Source: Octopus vulgaris (Eukaryota). Taken from it: a DNA stretch of 64,000 bases. Shown here in pieces: positions 42,021 through 56,580 of the stretch. Below the pieces are notes generated by a model. The model ran no database searches, was not told where the DNA came from, and saw only the letters and a list, made by a program, of their open reading frames with translations. Position numbers and translations under genes: made by a program. Where the stretch lies: assembly GCA_951406725.2 (NCBI GenBank), contig OX597817.1:103354001-103418000 (forward strand). The letters are read 5' to 3'. Each line of letters begins with the position of its first letter. Within the stretch, counting starts at the first letter, position 1.

Positions 42021-44216
42021 TATATATATATATATATATATATAGGTTCTTAGATTTCTGTTCGTCACCTCAAATCACGTTGTATTAATGATATCAAATC
42101 GATATCAGTTATATTCTGTATTTTTGGTCTCACTTTTTCGGGTAGGATGTTGCCAGGGTGTCACCGCCAATTTGATGGTGTTTTTTTGAAATAGTATACT
42201 AATTGTGGCCATTCGTATAGCTTGAGATTGCCGGGTCATATTTGCGGCCATCTTGAGAAGGTGTGGATTTAGGGTCTGCCAGGAATCGGTAACTACTTTT
42301 GTATTTCGACATTTTGCAGGAATCGAAAAATATTTTTCAGTCAGATAGACAGACAGAGGGAGAGAGAGGGAGAGAGGGGAAATAGAGGGAGAGAGGGGAA
42401 AGAGAGGGAGAGAGGGGAAAGAGAAGGAGAGATAGTTTGATGAGGGAAGAAAAATGTAAAACAATTCCTTAACTTGGCGCAATGTGTGGCCTACAGACGT
42501 TTGTATAGCATTTTGTCCGTCCACCACTGAAAAGGGTGTTAAATGATGATAGTAAATATTTGAAAAGAGGCTTAACACTGCTTAATGGGATTGTGCTCGA
42601 TTCCTCATTTTACTGATCGAACAGATATATAGACATATGACCAAAAGCCATTAGCATCTCGTGTTTTATATATTTATAAGCTCAATGCATGTGCCATTTT
42701 TTTAGAAACAGCTGAATGTGATGAGGAGAGATTTATCTGCTGTTTCTAACAATCCGAGACAGCAACATTAAATTTCCATGGCTTTCTTGATATTAGTCAT
42801 ACATCCTAGTAGATTCTCATCTGATCTCGATAATGAGTATTGTTGCCCGAATTACAGAATTACTACAATAAAATTAACGTGTAAGGAATTAAGTATTCCA
42901 CAGACATGTGTACCCTTAACGAAATGGGCGGAACACTAACTGACATGCTGATGCTTGAATTACAGGTTTAATCCAGGAAGAAAGAAAGAATGAAAGCACT
43001 GGAACGTACTTTACCGTTCCTGAAAGGATGAAAGTCAAAGATAACCTTAACAGAAGATGAACCCAGGGTGCAAATAGCCGGAAGAAATAATGTAAAGCAT
43101 TTTATCCGGTGTCTACCACTTCGACGCCTTCATGTTGGCTATATTAATGGAAAAATTGTACCAAATGAACATCAATCAAAATAATTTATTTATTGCATTC
43201 CTTGCAATGAAAAATGCTTATGGCATTTATTTCAGATTTAGACAGCAAATATTGATTGAATATACTAATTTTTTGTTAAAATTAATGCCACAAAGACTGC
43301 TGCTTTTTTTTTTTCGATGTTAATTTTTCAGTCAGTTAGAATGCCAGATTACCATTTGCAAAGTTGGTTAAAACATCAAAGACGTACTAGAGGGTACTGA
43401 CATAGACGTCCAATTGTTAAGGGAGGAAAAAACAGACAACATTCGGTATAGTTGAGGCAGACGATATTAGGCGTCTGCATGCACTATAAAAGGAACTGGA
43501 GGGTATAGGCCGTTGAGATTAAAATAACAAAAACAAACGTGGAAGAATTTCTTTATCATGTACACATTTCACATATTCAATACACACACACAAACACATA
43601 CGCACACACATATATACACACACATATACAGGCATTCATACATATCTGTGTGTGTATGTATTATGTATGTATGTATAAATCAATGAATATTTGCAAGACA
43701 TGTTTTCCATATTCCTCCAAATAACGTTAGAAGAACTGTATGATTATATATTTTTCATTAAAAAAAAATTTAATGTATGGAAGAATTGATTAAAAAAAAA
43801 TTATATTTCTATGTTATAATTTATATTTACTAAATATTGTTGATTTGTAAAGTGCTGTTTTGTTTTCAAATTTATATCAGAAATGGTTTTCTTTTTCATT
43901 TTCTTTCTCTTTTACTTTTTTTTTCACACGAAGTCAAATGCAGCAGCTTTCAAATCCATTAGCGACTTCGAATATTCAATTCTTATCACTATTCTTTCTC
44001 ACTCCGTTTTTTTTTTTATTATCTAATACTTCTACACACACACACTCACAACGCTACATACACACTCATGCACACATAAACACACACACATAAACACACA
44101 CACATACACCTTTTCTCTCTTTTTCCTATCTCTTCCCTCTCTCTCTCTCTGGCTCTCGCTCTTCGCCTCCCCTTCTCTCAACACTGTCTTTGTCTCTGTC
44201 TGTCTCACTCACTCAC

Positions 44217-44282
<66 letters not shown>

Positions 44283-44316
44283 TTGCACAGATAACTGCTA
44301 TTACAATTCGAATTAC

Positions 44317-44439
44317 CTTCAAATCGCGAAAGAGTAGTTATAGCCTGCTCCTGACCAGGTGTTATACCACAAGTTGCTTCCCCTTGCTTTATATTCTTTA
44401 CTGGCTGTCTTAATATGTGTTGCTGTATTTGCATTAGAC
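44317..44439 (-). CDS. Probable upstream exon of the membrane-protein gene
   Basis: tgattttcatttcag|GTCTA..TTTGAAG|gtaatt; 123 nt, open in the phase 1-1 frame (LMQIQQHILRQPVKNIKQGEATCGITPGQEQAITTLSRFE), G+AT joins the next exon as Asp. Confidence 0.6.
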
Positions 44440-45434
44440 CTGAAATGAAAATCATTTTTATTTAGTCTTGCAAATGCATATTAAACAGATTTTGAGTGTA
44501 AAATGCTTGAATAGAAATTCTAAAACTGCAAATAATTTTCATTGAAGGTTTCTCAAATCTTATAATAATGACATCTGCATAAATTGAACTGTGGGAGTCT
44601 TAATTAAAATAAGATATTCTAGTAAGCTGAAAAGCTAATATACGTACAGAAAATAATAGTGACACTGTTGTATTGAGTTACTATATCACATATTTCTGTT
44701 TTCTCTAAGATAACTTATTTTTTCAGGCATATGAACCGTGTTATCATATATTTTGTAATCTTACAGAACAGATTATAATGTAGGAAATAAATACATAAGT
44801 AAATAAACAGATTTTTCCTGGTTGTAAGAAATCTGAATTATGCAACAGTTATTGAGGTATATTGTGACATATCGTATCTTTAGATGACATCTGGCAATAC
44901 AGGTGAACTTATAGGCTAAGGATTCTCCATTAAATAAAAGACTAACGTGGTGATGTTGGTCTAGTGTTCCCATGATCGAGTTGGTCTATGGCCTAAGTTA
45001 TTCTAACCGTGGCTGTTCTTTCTTTTTGTCATAGGGTTTCTAAGACTAAATTACTTAACGCGTCCTTTGGTAATCTTCATATTGAAAGTTCAGCATGAAT
45101 AAATAAAACATAAAGAAAAAAATTAAGATAACAATGTGTACTAAAGTGTAACATTTAAAAAATGGATGGAAAATCATTGTTTATTTTGTTTTATCCACCA
45201 TACTTGTGTACAGAAAGTTATGACTAAGGCATAAATATAGCGCAGGTGTGGCTGTGTGGTAAGAATCTTGCTTCCCAACTACATGGTTCCGGGTTCGGTC
45301 TCCCTACATGGTACCTTGGGCAAGTGTCTTCTACTATAGCCTCGAGCCGACCAAAGCTTTGTGAGTGGATTTGGTAGACGGAAACTGAAAGAAGCCCGTC
45401 GTTTACACACACACACGCACACACACACACACAC

Positions 45435-46007
45435 ACGGATATCAGGTATACTGCTAAATGAAATAAAATAAATTTGGTAATCCATTCTTTTATTTGTTTC
45501 GGTCATGTTGGCCTTGCTGGAGCATCACCTGAAAAGGTTTTAGTCGAAGAAATCGACCCCAGGACTTATTTTTGTAAGCCTAGTACTTATTCTATCGGTC
45601 TCTTTGATCGAACCTCTAGTTTACGGGGACATAAACACACCAACATCGGTTGTCAGGTGATGGTGGGAAGACACACACAGAACTCCAAGCACACACACAC
45701 ACACACACACACACCTGTGTGTGTGTGTGCTTGGAGTTCTGTGTGTGTGTGCTTGGAGTTCTGTGTGTGTCTTCCCACCATCACCTGACAACCGATGTTG
45801 GTGTGTTTATGTCCCCGTAAACTAGAGGTTCGATCAAAGAGACCGATAGAATAAGTACTAGGCTTACAAAAAATAAGTCCTGGGGTCGATTTCTTCGACT
45901 AAAACCTTTTCAGGTGGTGCTCCAGCAAGGCCAACATGACCGAAACAAATAAAAGAATGGATTACCAAATTTATTTTATTTCATTTAGCAGTATACCTGA
46001 TATCCGT
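45435..46007. repeat. Near-perfect inverted duplication (arms about 270-280 bp)
   Basis: acggatatcaggtatactgctaaatg... mirrors ...catttagcagtatacctgatatccgt; centred on (CA)n/(TG)n; one arm mismatch noticed (agcatcacc vs agcaccacc). Confidence 0.95.
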
Positions 46008-47868
46008 TACGATTTACCAATGTATGCCGGGACGTCACATCGTTTAAGAACTCTTGTGATAGGATATATCTGGAGGTGATTTAACTGTTATTTCTAACTG
46101 TACGATCATGGAGGGGTTCTGATAAACCCCACGTGATATAGGTGGGAAATTTCTATACTTGACTTGAGAGAATTCATTGTATTTATAAAAAAACTGCTAA
46201 AATAACTATTTTTAGATAAACAGTGAGTGTGAACAACCTAACTGAAAAATGGAATGAGTTATAAGGAGCTTATAAATTTTAGCAGATGAAACCTAACTAG
46301 GGAGACGTAATTGTCTCGTTCATTTTTGATATTGATTTCAGATTTTGGCACAAGGCTAGCAATTTCAGGGGAGAGGGCAAGTTGATTACATCGTCCCTAG
46401 TGTTCAGTTGGTACTTACTTTAACAAACCTGAAAGGATGAAAGGTAAAGTCAACCTCAGTGGAATTTGAACTTAGAACGTGAAGACAAACGAAATACCGC
46501 AAAGTATTTTTCCCAGCGTACTAACGAACCTGCCAGCTCGTTGCCTCCGTTCATTCATAATATTTAGAAAAAGAGTTTACATCTTGAAAGGTTTACTCAT
46601 TTAGGATACCCACGTTATATTTCATACAATCCAAGCAAATTCCTTAAACTACATTATTTTAGACAAAACCAGTAAAAGAAATCCTGAAATCAAAGCTTCC
46701 TCGGATAATTCTATCTCAAAAGAAATCTAAGGGAAAAATGCTCCATAGATCATAAGAAAATGAGCAGAAAGAAAACATTTTATGAATGTTTTTTTGCAGG
46801 TCAATTCAGTGAACATGCTCTTATAAGAACAATATATTGTCAGCAAGATATAATAACAAACCAAACTGTTAATGAAAAATTGTTGTATGGAATGTGTTGA
46901 CATGTTTGAAAATAACGACGAATTGATGGATAAACTCTAAACTATTGTACCAAAGGCAAGCATAACAAATGAAATATTCTTGAAAATAGAGAGAGAATAG
47001 TCGTGACTTCGTTTATAAAAGGGGAATCTTCACACAATGGGTTATTGGTGCAAATATTTAAATGTTCATGTTTATATATCTATAGGAGAATCACAGAAAA
47101 ATTGGAAATTTGAAGCTGCTAAAAGAGATGTATGTTCCCTCATATTTTCTGTGTTATCTATTGATAATAGGAGGTTCTATTTATACTAAAAAATAATCAA
47201 TATAAATCATCATCATATCCCATAACTGATCATTGATGTATTGCATTTGTTACTGGAATAATGCATCGTACAATATTCCGGGTTCCAGTTTTTTTCTCTT
47301 TCCCTCTAACTATGTATAAAAGGATAAAAGTGTGCTATCCCTTGCTGAAGGGAAATATCTTTCACAAGAATGAGGTATCTCGCTTCTCCATTCTAATTTA
47401 TATTTTAATCTAATCTTTTCCATTGTGTGGATGTTTGCTCTTTTACTTTTCACCGTGTAGTGAGAGTCAGAATTCTAATCTGAGCAAGAAACGACTATTG
47501 TCATATTTTTCGTTGGTTAATATCAATGGCATTGTTCAGCGGTTTCCATATCAATATCTGTTTTATAATTGAACTATTTTATCTTTTGGACATTAGGTTC
47601 GTCCAATCTTAAGAAACAAAACAAATAGAACATCTATTGGGTCGCTCAGCCTGCTAGAAGCAGTAGCTAATCTTCCTTCAAATCCAAGATTATCTTTAAA
47701 AACAGGGTGGGTGCATTGGGTGATGTTGTCAATATATTGTTTGTAAAATAAAATGGGATGGTTCTGTCAGATTCGTATGCTTTGAGGATATATCAAAGCT
47801 GGTTTGGAGCTAAACCCTCACATCAGGTGCCTCCTCTTCCTCCCCCCTCCTCATCCCCCTCCCCCCAC

Positions 47869-47968
<100 letters not shown>

Positions 47969-48064
47969 AGCAACAGCAACAGCAGCAGCAGCAAGAACTA
48001 TAACTGCTACAAGATTTGACTTTGTGACATTCACATTTTTATATTGTTTCCCATGAGAACTTAC

Positions 48065-48385
48065 TCTCACACCCCAACTTCTGGCCACTGCAGCGTTGGT
48101 TCCTTTCTCTTTCCTCTTCTACTCCAGCTAAAACAGTCTTTGCCTCCTGAGGACTAGTTGGTTGTATGCTATCTAAACCCAACCTCACTCGGCGCATCAC
48201 TTTCTCTTAGTCCCACTACTCATTCTTTGTCTCCCTCTCTCCCAGATGTACCACTGCCCTCAGGCCTTCTTTCCAAGAGTTCAGTCCACTGGAATTATTT
48301 TTCCGACCTCATTTTCACCATTGACATCAGCTCATAGCAGTTCGAGCTGAATATCACTCGCAACAATTTACACTGACTAGAAGAC
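48065..48385 (+). mobile_element. Decayed 3' end of a Jockey/CR1-group LINE
   Basis: Remnants resembling the 'SFFPR..WN.LP..F' C-terminal tract (gccttctttccaagagtt..ctggaattatttttcc). Confidence 0.4.
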
Positions 48386-49668
48386 CTCGTGAAAGCCACA
48401 GACACAATCCTTTTTTTCCTGGCCGAAACCATTAAAAAAAGAAAGTATTTCGTCTTGTCACAGCGTTCAAGTGATGCGTTCTTTCAGATACGTTTTCAAA
48501 ATGCATCATTCCCTAATGTAGGGAAAATTTCTTTACTCGATAATATGAACCATTTTGCTGTGATGTATTCACTTTTAATCTAATGAATAATAGATTTACA
48601 TCCTCCCAGTTGTAAAGGTCTTCCTTTCGAAGTATGTTCTAAGGCGTGACGAAGTAGATTTGCTGTTATTTTTCTTTCTTTTTTTGTGATAGTTTTCACC
48701 CAATGATTTTAGCTTACATGCAATTTTATTAGCTTCAATGAGAATTTATTCACTGGTTAACTTTTGTCAAGACGACGAAGATGTACAGTGTACTTATTAC
48801 ACATAATTACATTTAGACATAATTACATCGCCTAAATGTTAATTGAAAATCTTCCATGTTACAGGTTTATGCCTTTTTATTTCCATTCAAATAACAGGGT
48901 TATAATTAATTACCAGTGGTTATTGGAAAAATCAATCGCATTTAGCAATAAGTTGGTCGAATTTTAACAAGGCCTCTTTAAAATGTCTTATCAGTCTGAG
49001 GTAGTTCAGATGAACTTGCAAAATTATCTGCAAATTAGAGATTTAAATCTCGTGAATATTCAATTTACGGAGGTCTAATTTTGTTTGAAACATTCACCAA
49101 AGCTTTCAAGTGATTTATGATACATTTAGACACTTTTCTGTCATTATTGGAGAGAAAAGAAGTAGTTTATAAAAGTATACAAACATGATTCTTCTCGTAG
49201 TTGTCTATTGTTTAGCGTAGTTTTCGCAATATTATTTGAAACGTTGTTACTGCCAGCCTTTGTAATACCATTAAAATAAATTAATATCAAATAAATATGC
49301 TTGATTAAAATCCTAATTCTAATAGTTGTATACTTGTGATATTGAAAATAATTATGTATAAATTTTATATATTACCTTGCTTTATTTATACTTTTATCTT
49401 ACAAACAAAAGTTAGACTTCATCCACACACACCATGAAGCGTGTAAACTAGCTTTCCAAGAACAATTCTTTATTTTTCTTTTCTTTGAGAGTCGTTAACA
49501 ATCGTCACTAAATTTTTTTTCTTGTGATTGTCTAATTTGAATAAGCTTCCTTCAGTCATTTTATTCATGTTTTCTTGATTAAGCAAATTTTTCGAGTAAA
49601 AAATCATTCATTAATTATTTGTTTTTATATATAGATATCAATGTCAACAAATCAGTAGGTCTGAATAG

Positions 49669-49710
49669 ACTCTGTTGATGAGGCTTAATAGACAGAAACA
49701 TGTCTATAGT
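49669..49710 (+). ncRNA. Degenerate minimal hammerhead-like motif
   Basis: ACTCTG-TTGATGA-GGCttaataGAC-A-GAAA-CATG-TC-TATAGT; palindromic stem III ACATGT, GUC site, stems partly broken. Confidence 0.45.
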
Positions 49711-50782
49711 TGCTCCATGCGTGCAAACAAAAATCAGTCGTTTCTTTCTAAAACTGTAAATTATATGTGAGAGATTAATTATTGATATTTTGAATTTATC
49801 TTCTTTTGGAAGTCGCTAATAATAACCGTTAAGGCTTTGTTTTTACTTTTTTCTCTGTCCAGGCAATAGGAAAGTGCATTGTGGTAATTAATAACATAGC
49901 ACCAAAAATTTTATTAGTTTTATTGAAAACCAAAACCAGTGGAACATCGATAGTGTTAAAAATAAAATCCTGTTATTGTATTTAAATCGTAGATTACTCA
50001 GTCTGTTGTCATGTGAAAGACGTAATAATGTTTCAAATAATAAAGTCTTAAATAGGCAGTTCTGCTGTACAGGAAAACACGATTCGAACACAAAGCTAAT
50101 ATTTTTGCTATGACTTCAAAATATATAGTGAATGTTTACTGAACAAGTCTAAATTAAAAACGAAGAACTACATTAAAGAACATTTAGCAGAAGTTTTATC
50201 GAAATTAGACCACCCTAAATTTCCACATATTTTATAACAAAATAAATTAAAGAAAATCAATATCCAAATTATAATAAAAATTATTTTGACTGACAGATCT
50301 TCGATTTTAACACTAAACTTTATACGTATCTCTTGATAATATTCAACATCATTCATGAGAAACTTATTGCAAATACAGAAAGAACTGAAGCTAAATTTCA
50401 AAGATACTGAAACACTTCATTTTACATTATCAATCAAAATTGAAAAGCTTTGAAAAAGAAGCATTTTGTGGCATCCATAATATAAAACTGAAAGTAAAAT
50501 AATTAAATTTTATGATTTTTTTGATAATAAATTAATTGCTCTTCGAAAATCAGTAAACCTACCATAAACCACTTCATTTGAAAATGGCATACAAAAATGA
50601 TTTCACATTTTCTGATTATTAAAAATTAGATGTTTTTCTTTAAATTGTCACTATTTCTACCTGCTATTAACACCGATGCGCGCGCATGCGTGTCCCAGTG
50701 ATGTACTATGATCGATGGTCACGACTGAACCCCCACCGTTAAAATTATTAGCCTTGTGTCTAAATTAGAAACCACCACCACA

Positions 50783-50851
<69 letters not shown>

Positions 50852-50852
50852 G

Positions 50853-51908
50853 TCATTTACTTTTAATCTGCATGTTTGATGCAATCACTTGCCGGGGCAC
50901 ACCCAGCGCCCTAGGGCAAGTGAAGGTTAAGAGTTGTTGAAATATAGCTGAAAGCTTGGGGAGGGGAAGTAGAGAAATATCTCCATGTAATACAAACACA
51001 AACATTTACATTGATAGGGTTTTTCTAAGGATGTGGGCAGTACTTGTTAGCACAATCTTTTTGATTTCCTTGAGACATAGTTCTCCAGGGATATTGTCTA
51101 GGTGTTTCTGACATCCCTTTTTTATCATACCTAGGGCACCTACAATAACAGGAACAGTTTTTGTTTTAAGATTCCACATCTTTTGTATTTCGATTTCCAG
51201 GTCCTTATATTTACTAAGTTTGTCAAATTCCTTTACAGATACATTTTTATCAGTGGGGACGCTTACCTCTATTAGTCTGCAGGTATTTTCTTCCCTGTCT
51301 TTAACAATTATGTCTGGTCGATTAGCCTTGATCGTTCTGTCAGTGTTGACTGGAAAATCCCAGAGGATGGTGACATTTTTACCTTCAACAACTGGCTGAG
51401 GATGGTGTTCATACCAGTTAGCAGGAGTGCCGAATTTGTAGTGTTTACATATCTTCCAATGTATATACTGTCCTACCCTATCGTGGCGATTTTTGTATTC
51501 GTTTGGTGTCAGCACAGGACATCCCGAAACGAGATGGTCTATTGTTTCGTCAAATGTGTCGCAGAATCTGCATTCAGGGTCAGTACCATTTCGGAGAACG
51601 TTAGCCTGGTAATTTCTGGTAAACAAGCTTTGATCTTGTGCTGCCAGTATGAAGCCTTCAGTCTCTGCTTTCAATCCAGAACTCTTCAGCCACTGATGGG
51701 TTGTTACTTGGTCTACATCAGCATTTTGGCTTCGGAGAATATATTGTCCATGCAGGGGCTTCTGGCTCCACCGCCTCTCAATTTGATTCTGCCCGTTCTT
51801 TTTTGCAGTCTGCTTGATTCGCTTTGCTTGCTTGGTAGCAGTGGTTTCCGGCTCTTCATCTGATTCAAGGTTAATGTCTAGTTCCCTTTCGAACTTATAA
51901 GCTTCCTT
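50853..51908 (-). mobile_element. 5'-truncated R4/Dong-like non-LTR retrotransposon (CCHC finger + restriction-like endonuclease) within (TAA)n
   Basis: ETEGFILAAQDQ..CRFC..ETIDHLVSGC..RHD..ILWDF..RPDI..LIEVSVP..KLSKYKDL..VPVIVGALG; (TTA)n arrays on both sides. Confidence 0.93.
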
Positions 51909-51937
51909 TCTTCTTCTTCTTCTTCTTCTTCTTCTTA

Positions 51938-51972
<35 letters not shown>

Positions 51973-52028
51973 TTCTTATTATTATTTTATTATTATTATT
52001 ATTGTTGTTGTTGTTGTTGTTATTATTA

Positions 52029-52082
<54 letters not shown>

Positions 52083-52114
52083 GTAGTAGTAGTAGTAGTA
52101 GTAGTAGAGTAGTA

Positions 52115-52640
52115 TCTCATGAAAAACTCTCAGCTTATTTTGCTGGGTATGATGGAAAGTGTCAGTTACCCATAGCCAGGTGACTAAGATGACACTTGTT
52201 TACTGACTTGCTTAAAGAACCCTGTGGAGAATTCTTGCAGTTCCAAGTAAAGTTGATTTCTCTAGGTGTGCTATCTTTACATTTGTACCAATTTTTACGA
52301 GTCCTGTTTGTTGTTGAGTGCAGACGAATTTAAGCGCGCCAGTTTCTGTGCATATCACGTCCACTCTTCATTGCTCGCAGCCTGCGTATTTCCCACTTCA
52401 ATTCATCGTAGTTGTTCACATTTTCTTTTTTCTCTTCGATCCTGATGTCACCAAGACAGGCTATTACGATTATCAGGCATGTTTTTTTTCTTCTTTTTCT
52501 GTTCACAACAATGTCAGGTTTCCGATGTAGACATCGGAAACCTGACATTGATGATCACACTGAATCATTGATGGTCAAACCGAATCATTGCATGCCACAG
52601 GATTTTCCAATCCTCATTCTCAGTAACTCCTTCTGGGATT
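52115..52640 (-). mobile_element. Second, older R4/Dong-like 3' fragment; a third at about 60370-60575
   Basis: HRKPDIVV..KTCLII..YDELKWEIRRL; at 60450-60540 KIAKYQDLAIELQRLWKVQVKCIPAVIGALG. Confidence 0.75.
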
Positions 52641-53560
52641 GGTCATACCACATCTTTGATCTTTCCAGACAGAATTCTCACAGAGCCCCCAATGGGTCAT
52701 TCTTGTCAAATTGTCATGTCTTTTGTATTTACGTTGTGTTAATTTCAGGCTTCCACTAACAATGCTTCTCTTTTTGAGTCCGAATTCCGTCTTAACATCA
52801 GCATTAAAACAGGTTGCAACAAGTGGTGTCTTTAATTTTTAGCGATCAATCAGAGACTTCTATTTTGGAAACTATTTTGGTTATATAAAGAAAACTCAAG
52901 AAATATTCTTTCTTTTCTCCCAGCAGTCGGAGAAGCTCTCATCTCGTGCTATTTCTATTAAAACATTGTTGAAAGCTGTTAGATGACTGAAACGTTCATT
53001 TGTTCGCTAAAATTTAAGTTGTGTTGAATAACAGAACATGTTAAAGCTGGCAAAATTCTCGAATCTCTTTCCCTCGGATTACTCATGTAAATATCAACGT
53101 TTTCTCAAACAGGCAGTCACAACATATGACCTTGTATACATAAAAGACGCTGTAATAATTATTGTCAAATCTGTGTTTGTAACATAACTTCCACTTTGGT
53201 CTGCAACTCTCCACTCTTGCTCTCTGACGTATGTGTACGTACGTACGTACGTACGTATGTATGTATGTATGTATGTATGTATGTATGTATGTATGTATGT
53301 ATGTATGTACGCACACACACACACGTACGCATACGCACACACACGCACACACACACGTACGCATACGCACACAGACACACACACACATACATACACACAC
53401 AAACAAATAAAAATTCTTCCTTTCAAAAAACTAGTTTTATTACTAAATGACAAGAAAATGATGAATCGCCATTCTTTAAATTTCTCTTAAAATAACTTAC
53501 GAGTAAATATGTTTTACTCTGTTAAATTTCATCAAGTTACTTTCTTCACAATAAGAAATG

Positions 53561-53657
<97 letters not shown>

Positions 53658-54384
53658 CGTGTCTGTCAGTCTACGTCTGTCCGTATGCCTGTCTGTGTTT
53701 TTCCTTCGATCTCTCAGCCAGTAAACGAGAAATATAGACAATTCAAAGGTACTGTGCAGCAACGTTCTACCACTGGTTTTCTCTCGATCTCTTGCCCAAT
53801 ACATCATCTCGCTCGCTGTGTGTATATGTATGTATGTATGCACGTATGTACATTCATGCGCATGCATGTATGTATCTATGTATGTCCACAGACACACACA
53901 TATATTTCTCAACACGTGCATTACAGACATTAAAATATCACTTTCGAAAATAACTCTTCTTTTAAAAGAAGTTTATAAAAACAAAGAAAATGGCAAGAAA
54001 ATGATGAAGCTCTGTTCTTTAAATTTCTCTTAAGTCTACTTACTACAACACGAAGATCTCACACGAGCCTCAATCATGAAAATGTGAAATTCACAAAAGA
54101 TATTGTATACAGAGGTATAAAATTTCCTATCTGTGGTTTGTTGTATATAACGTTGTATACAGAAATAAAGACAGATAAAAACTAATATGTATTTTGACCT
54201 ACTAAATGCTTCTTTATTTCAATATTGTTTTATCTTCATTTAATTCTTTCTTGAATATATTCCTATATTTCAATGTAACTTATTCCTCACATAAAACAAC
54301 GGGTGTGTATTAGTATATATATGTTATAAAACATACATATTACTTATTTTTTTGTTGTGGTTTGAAACCGGCTACATTTCTTTG

Positions 54385-54448
<64 letters not shown>

Positions 54449-54492
54449 CCTACTTACCTACCTACCTACCTACCTGTTTCTCCACGCTTTCT

Positions 54493-54555
<63 letters not shown>

Positions 54556-54563
54556 CATACATA

Positions 54564-56044
54564 CAGTGCCTTGCAAAAGTCTACACCCCACTCGGAAACT
54601 GGATGTATTTTGTTTATTTTGATAGGAACAATTAATATTTTAAACTCCAATAATTTGTTTTAATAAGCAGATCTATCACACTTTTATTTAATACACAAAA
54701 TACATTTGAAAATTTTAAAGCTGATTCTTAAGATAATTTTGAAAAATCTCTTTTCAAAAGTCACTTCCTTTGGAATGTCTTCAGCTAATACTTTGTGGAT
54801 GATCCTGCTGCGTCAATTACAGCCTGCAGACGCCTCGGGTAGCCCTCCAGGAGCTTTCTGCAGTGGTCTGCTGACAGTTTTCGCCATTCTTCATGGCAGA
54901 GTTTCTCGACCTGTGTCGGATTGGATGGGGAACGTCGGTGCACAGCCAGCTTTAAATCTCGCCATAGATTTTCTATAGGATTGAAGCTTGGAGACTGGCT
55001 GGGCCACTCTAAAACTGATTTTCTTGCTAGCAAACAAAGCTTTAGTGCTTTTTGACACATACTTGGGGTCGTTATCTTGTTGAAACTTGACATTGCGACC
55101 CAAGCGCAGAGCTCTAGCAGACTTCAGCAGATTTGCCTCCAATATTTCTTGGTACTTTATACTGTCCATGATACCTTGGATGGTTACCAACTCTCCAGGC
55201 CCTGTAGCTGAAAAACAACCCCAAAGCATGATCGAGCCACCGCCGTGCTTTACAGTGTAACGAGGTTGATGAGCAGTGTCTTTTTTCCGCCAAACGTAGC
55301 GTTTCGTATTTTTTCCAAATAACTCGACTTTGGCCTCATCTGACCACAAAATCTTTCGCCACATGGTCATGGAATCATTAATGTGACTTTTGGCAAAGTT
55401 TAGCCTAGCTTGCTTGTGTATAGGCTTCAGAAGGGGCTTTTTTTCTAGCTACCCTCCCTTGCAGGCCAGACCGGTGCAATACTCTGGAAATTGTAGATGC
55501 ATGGACATCTGTTACAGTGCTGGAAACTGAAGCTTTCAAGTCTTCCAGTGTTGCACTAGGGTTGGAGGTTGCCTCTTGGACCAGTTTTGACTTTGCTCTT
55601 CTGGTAAGTTTGCTCGGTCCCCCAGATCTTGGTCGAGTAGCAGTTGTTTTTTGCACTAACCACTTCTTAACTACAGTTTTAACAGTGCTTAAGGGAAATT
55701 CTAAAGTTTTTGCAATCTTCTTATAGCCATTATTTTCATTGTACTTTTGAATAATAAGGTTTTTAAGTTCCTGAGAGAGAGGCTTGCCCATTTTCTTTCC
55801 CGAGTTTGACACCTTGTGTTTACAGTCAGAGTCCAAAGACCAACATAGCAAAAAACCATGTGGCGAATGATTTTGTAGGCAGTTAAATCACCTTATATAG
55901 CAAAATAAGATTGGCCAAGTTTGTTTGTTATGGTAGAACGCACATGTCACTTTTGATTGTTTTGGATTGTATACATCAATGACAAACTACCTGATAACAC
56001 AGTATAATATCTGGAGGTGGGGTTTAGACTTTTGCAAGTCACTG
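54564..56044 (-). mobile_element. Full-length Tc1 (DD34E) transposon with a frameshifted transposase
   Basis: TA|cagtgccttgcaaaagtctacacccc ... ggggtttagacttttgcaagtcactg|TA; [54 protein letters not shown]. Confidence 0.95.
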
Positions 56045-56059
56045 TATATATATATATGT

Positions 56060-56152
<93 letters not shown>

Positions 56153-56327
56153 GGAGTGGCGCAGGAGTGGCTGTGTGGTAAGTAGCTTGCTAACCAACCA
56201 CATGGTTCTGGGTTCAGTCCCACTGCGTGGCATCTTGGGCAAATGTCTTCTGCTATAGCCCCGGGCCGACCAATGCCTTGTGAGTAGATTTGGTAGACGG
56301 AAACTGAAAGAAGCCTGTCGTTTATAT

Positions 56328-56367
<40 letters not shown>

Positions 56368-56580
56368 TTGTGTGTCTGTGTTTGTCCCCCTAGCATTGCT
56401 TGACAACCGATGCTGATGTGTTTACGTCCCCGCCACTTAGCGGTTCGGCAAAAGAGACCGATAGAATAAGTACTGGGCTTACAAAGAATAAGTCCTGGGG
56501 TCGATTTGCTCGACTAAAGGCGGTGCTCCAGCATGGCCGCAGTCAAAATGACTGAAACAAGTAAAAGAGTAAAAAGAGTA
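56153..56580 (+). mobile_element. tRNA-derived SINE family A with an internal (TA)n(TG)n; other copies at about 1875-2150, 22157-22470, 26225-26760, 45238-45955, 60970-61425, 61441-61580
   Basis: tggctgtgtggtaag (A box)..gggttcagtcc (B box)..cttgggcaa.tgtctt (CORE-like)..gaaactgaaagaagcc..ccagcatggccgcagtc..tgactgaaacaagtaaaagag. Confidence 0.88.

Noticed and set aside
42105-42578. 157-aa minus-strand ORF in the intron
   Set aside because: Runs through a (GA)-rich repeat, has no clear splice sites and no recognisable motif
43350-43484. Possible extra Cys-rich exon (CMQTPNIVCLNYTECC..) on the minus strand
   Set aside because: It starts in phase 0, incompatible with the flanking phase-1 exons, and has no convincing in-frame donor
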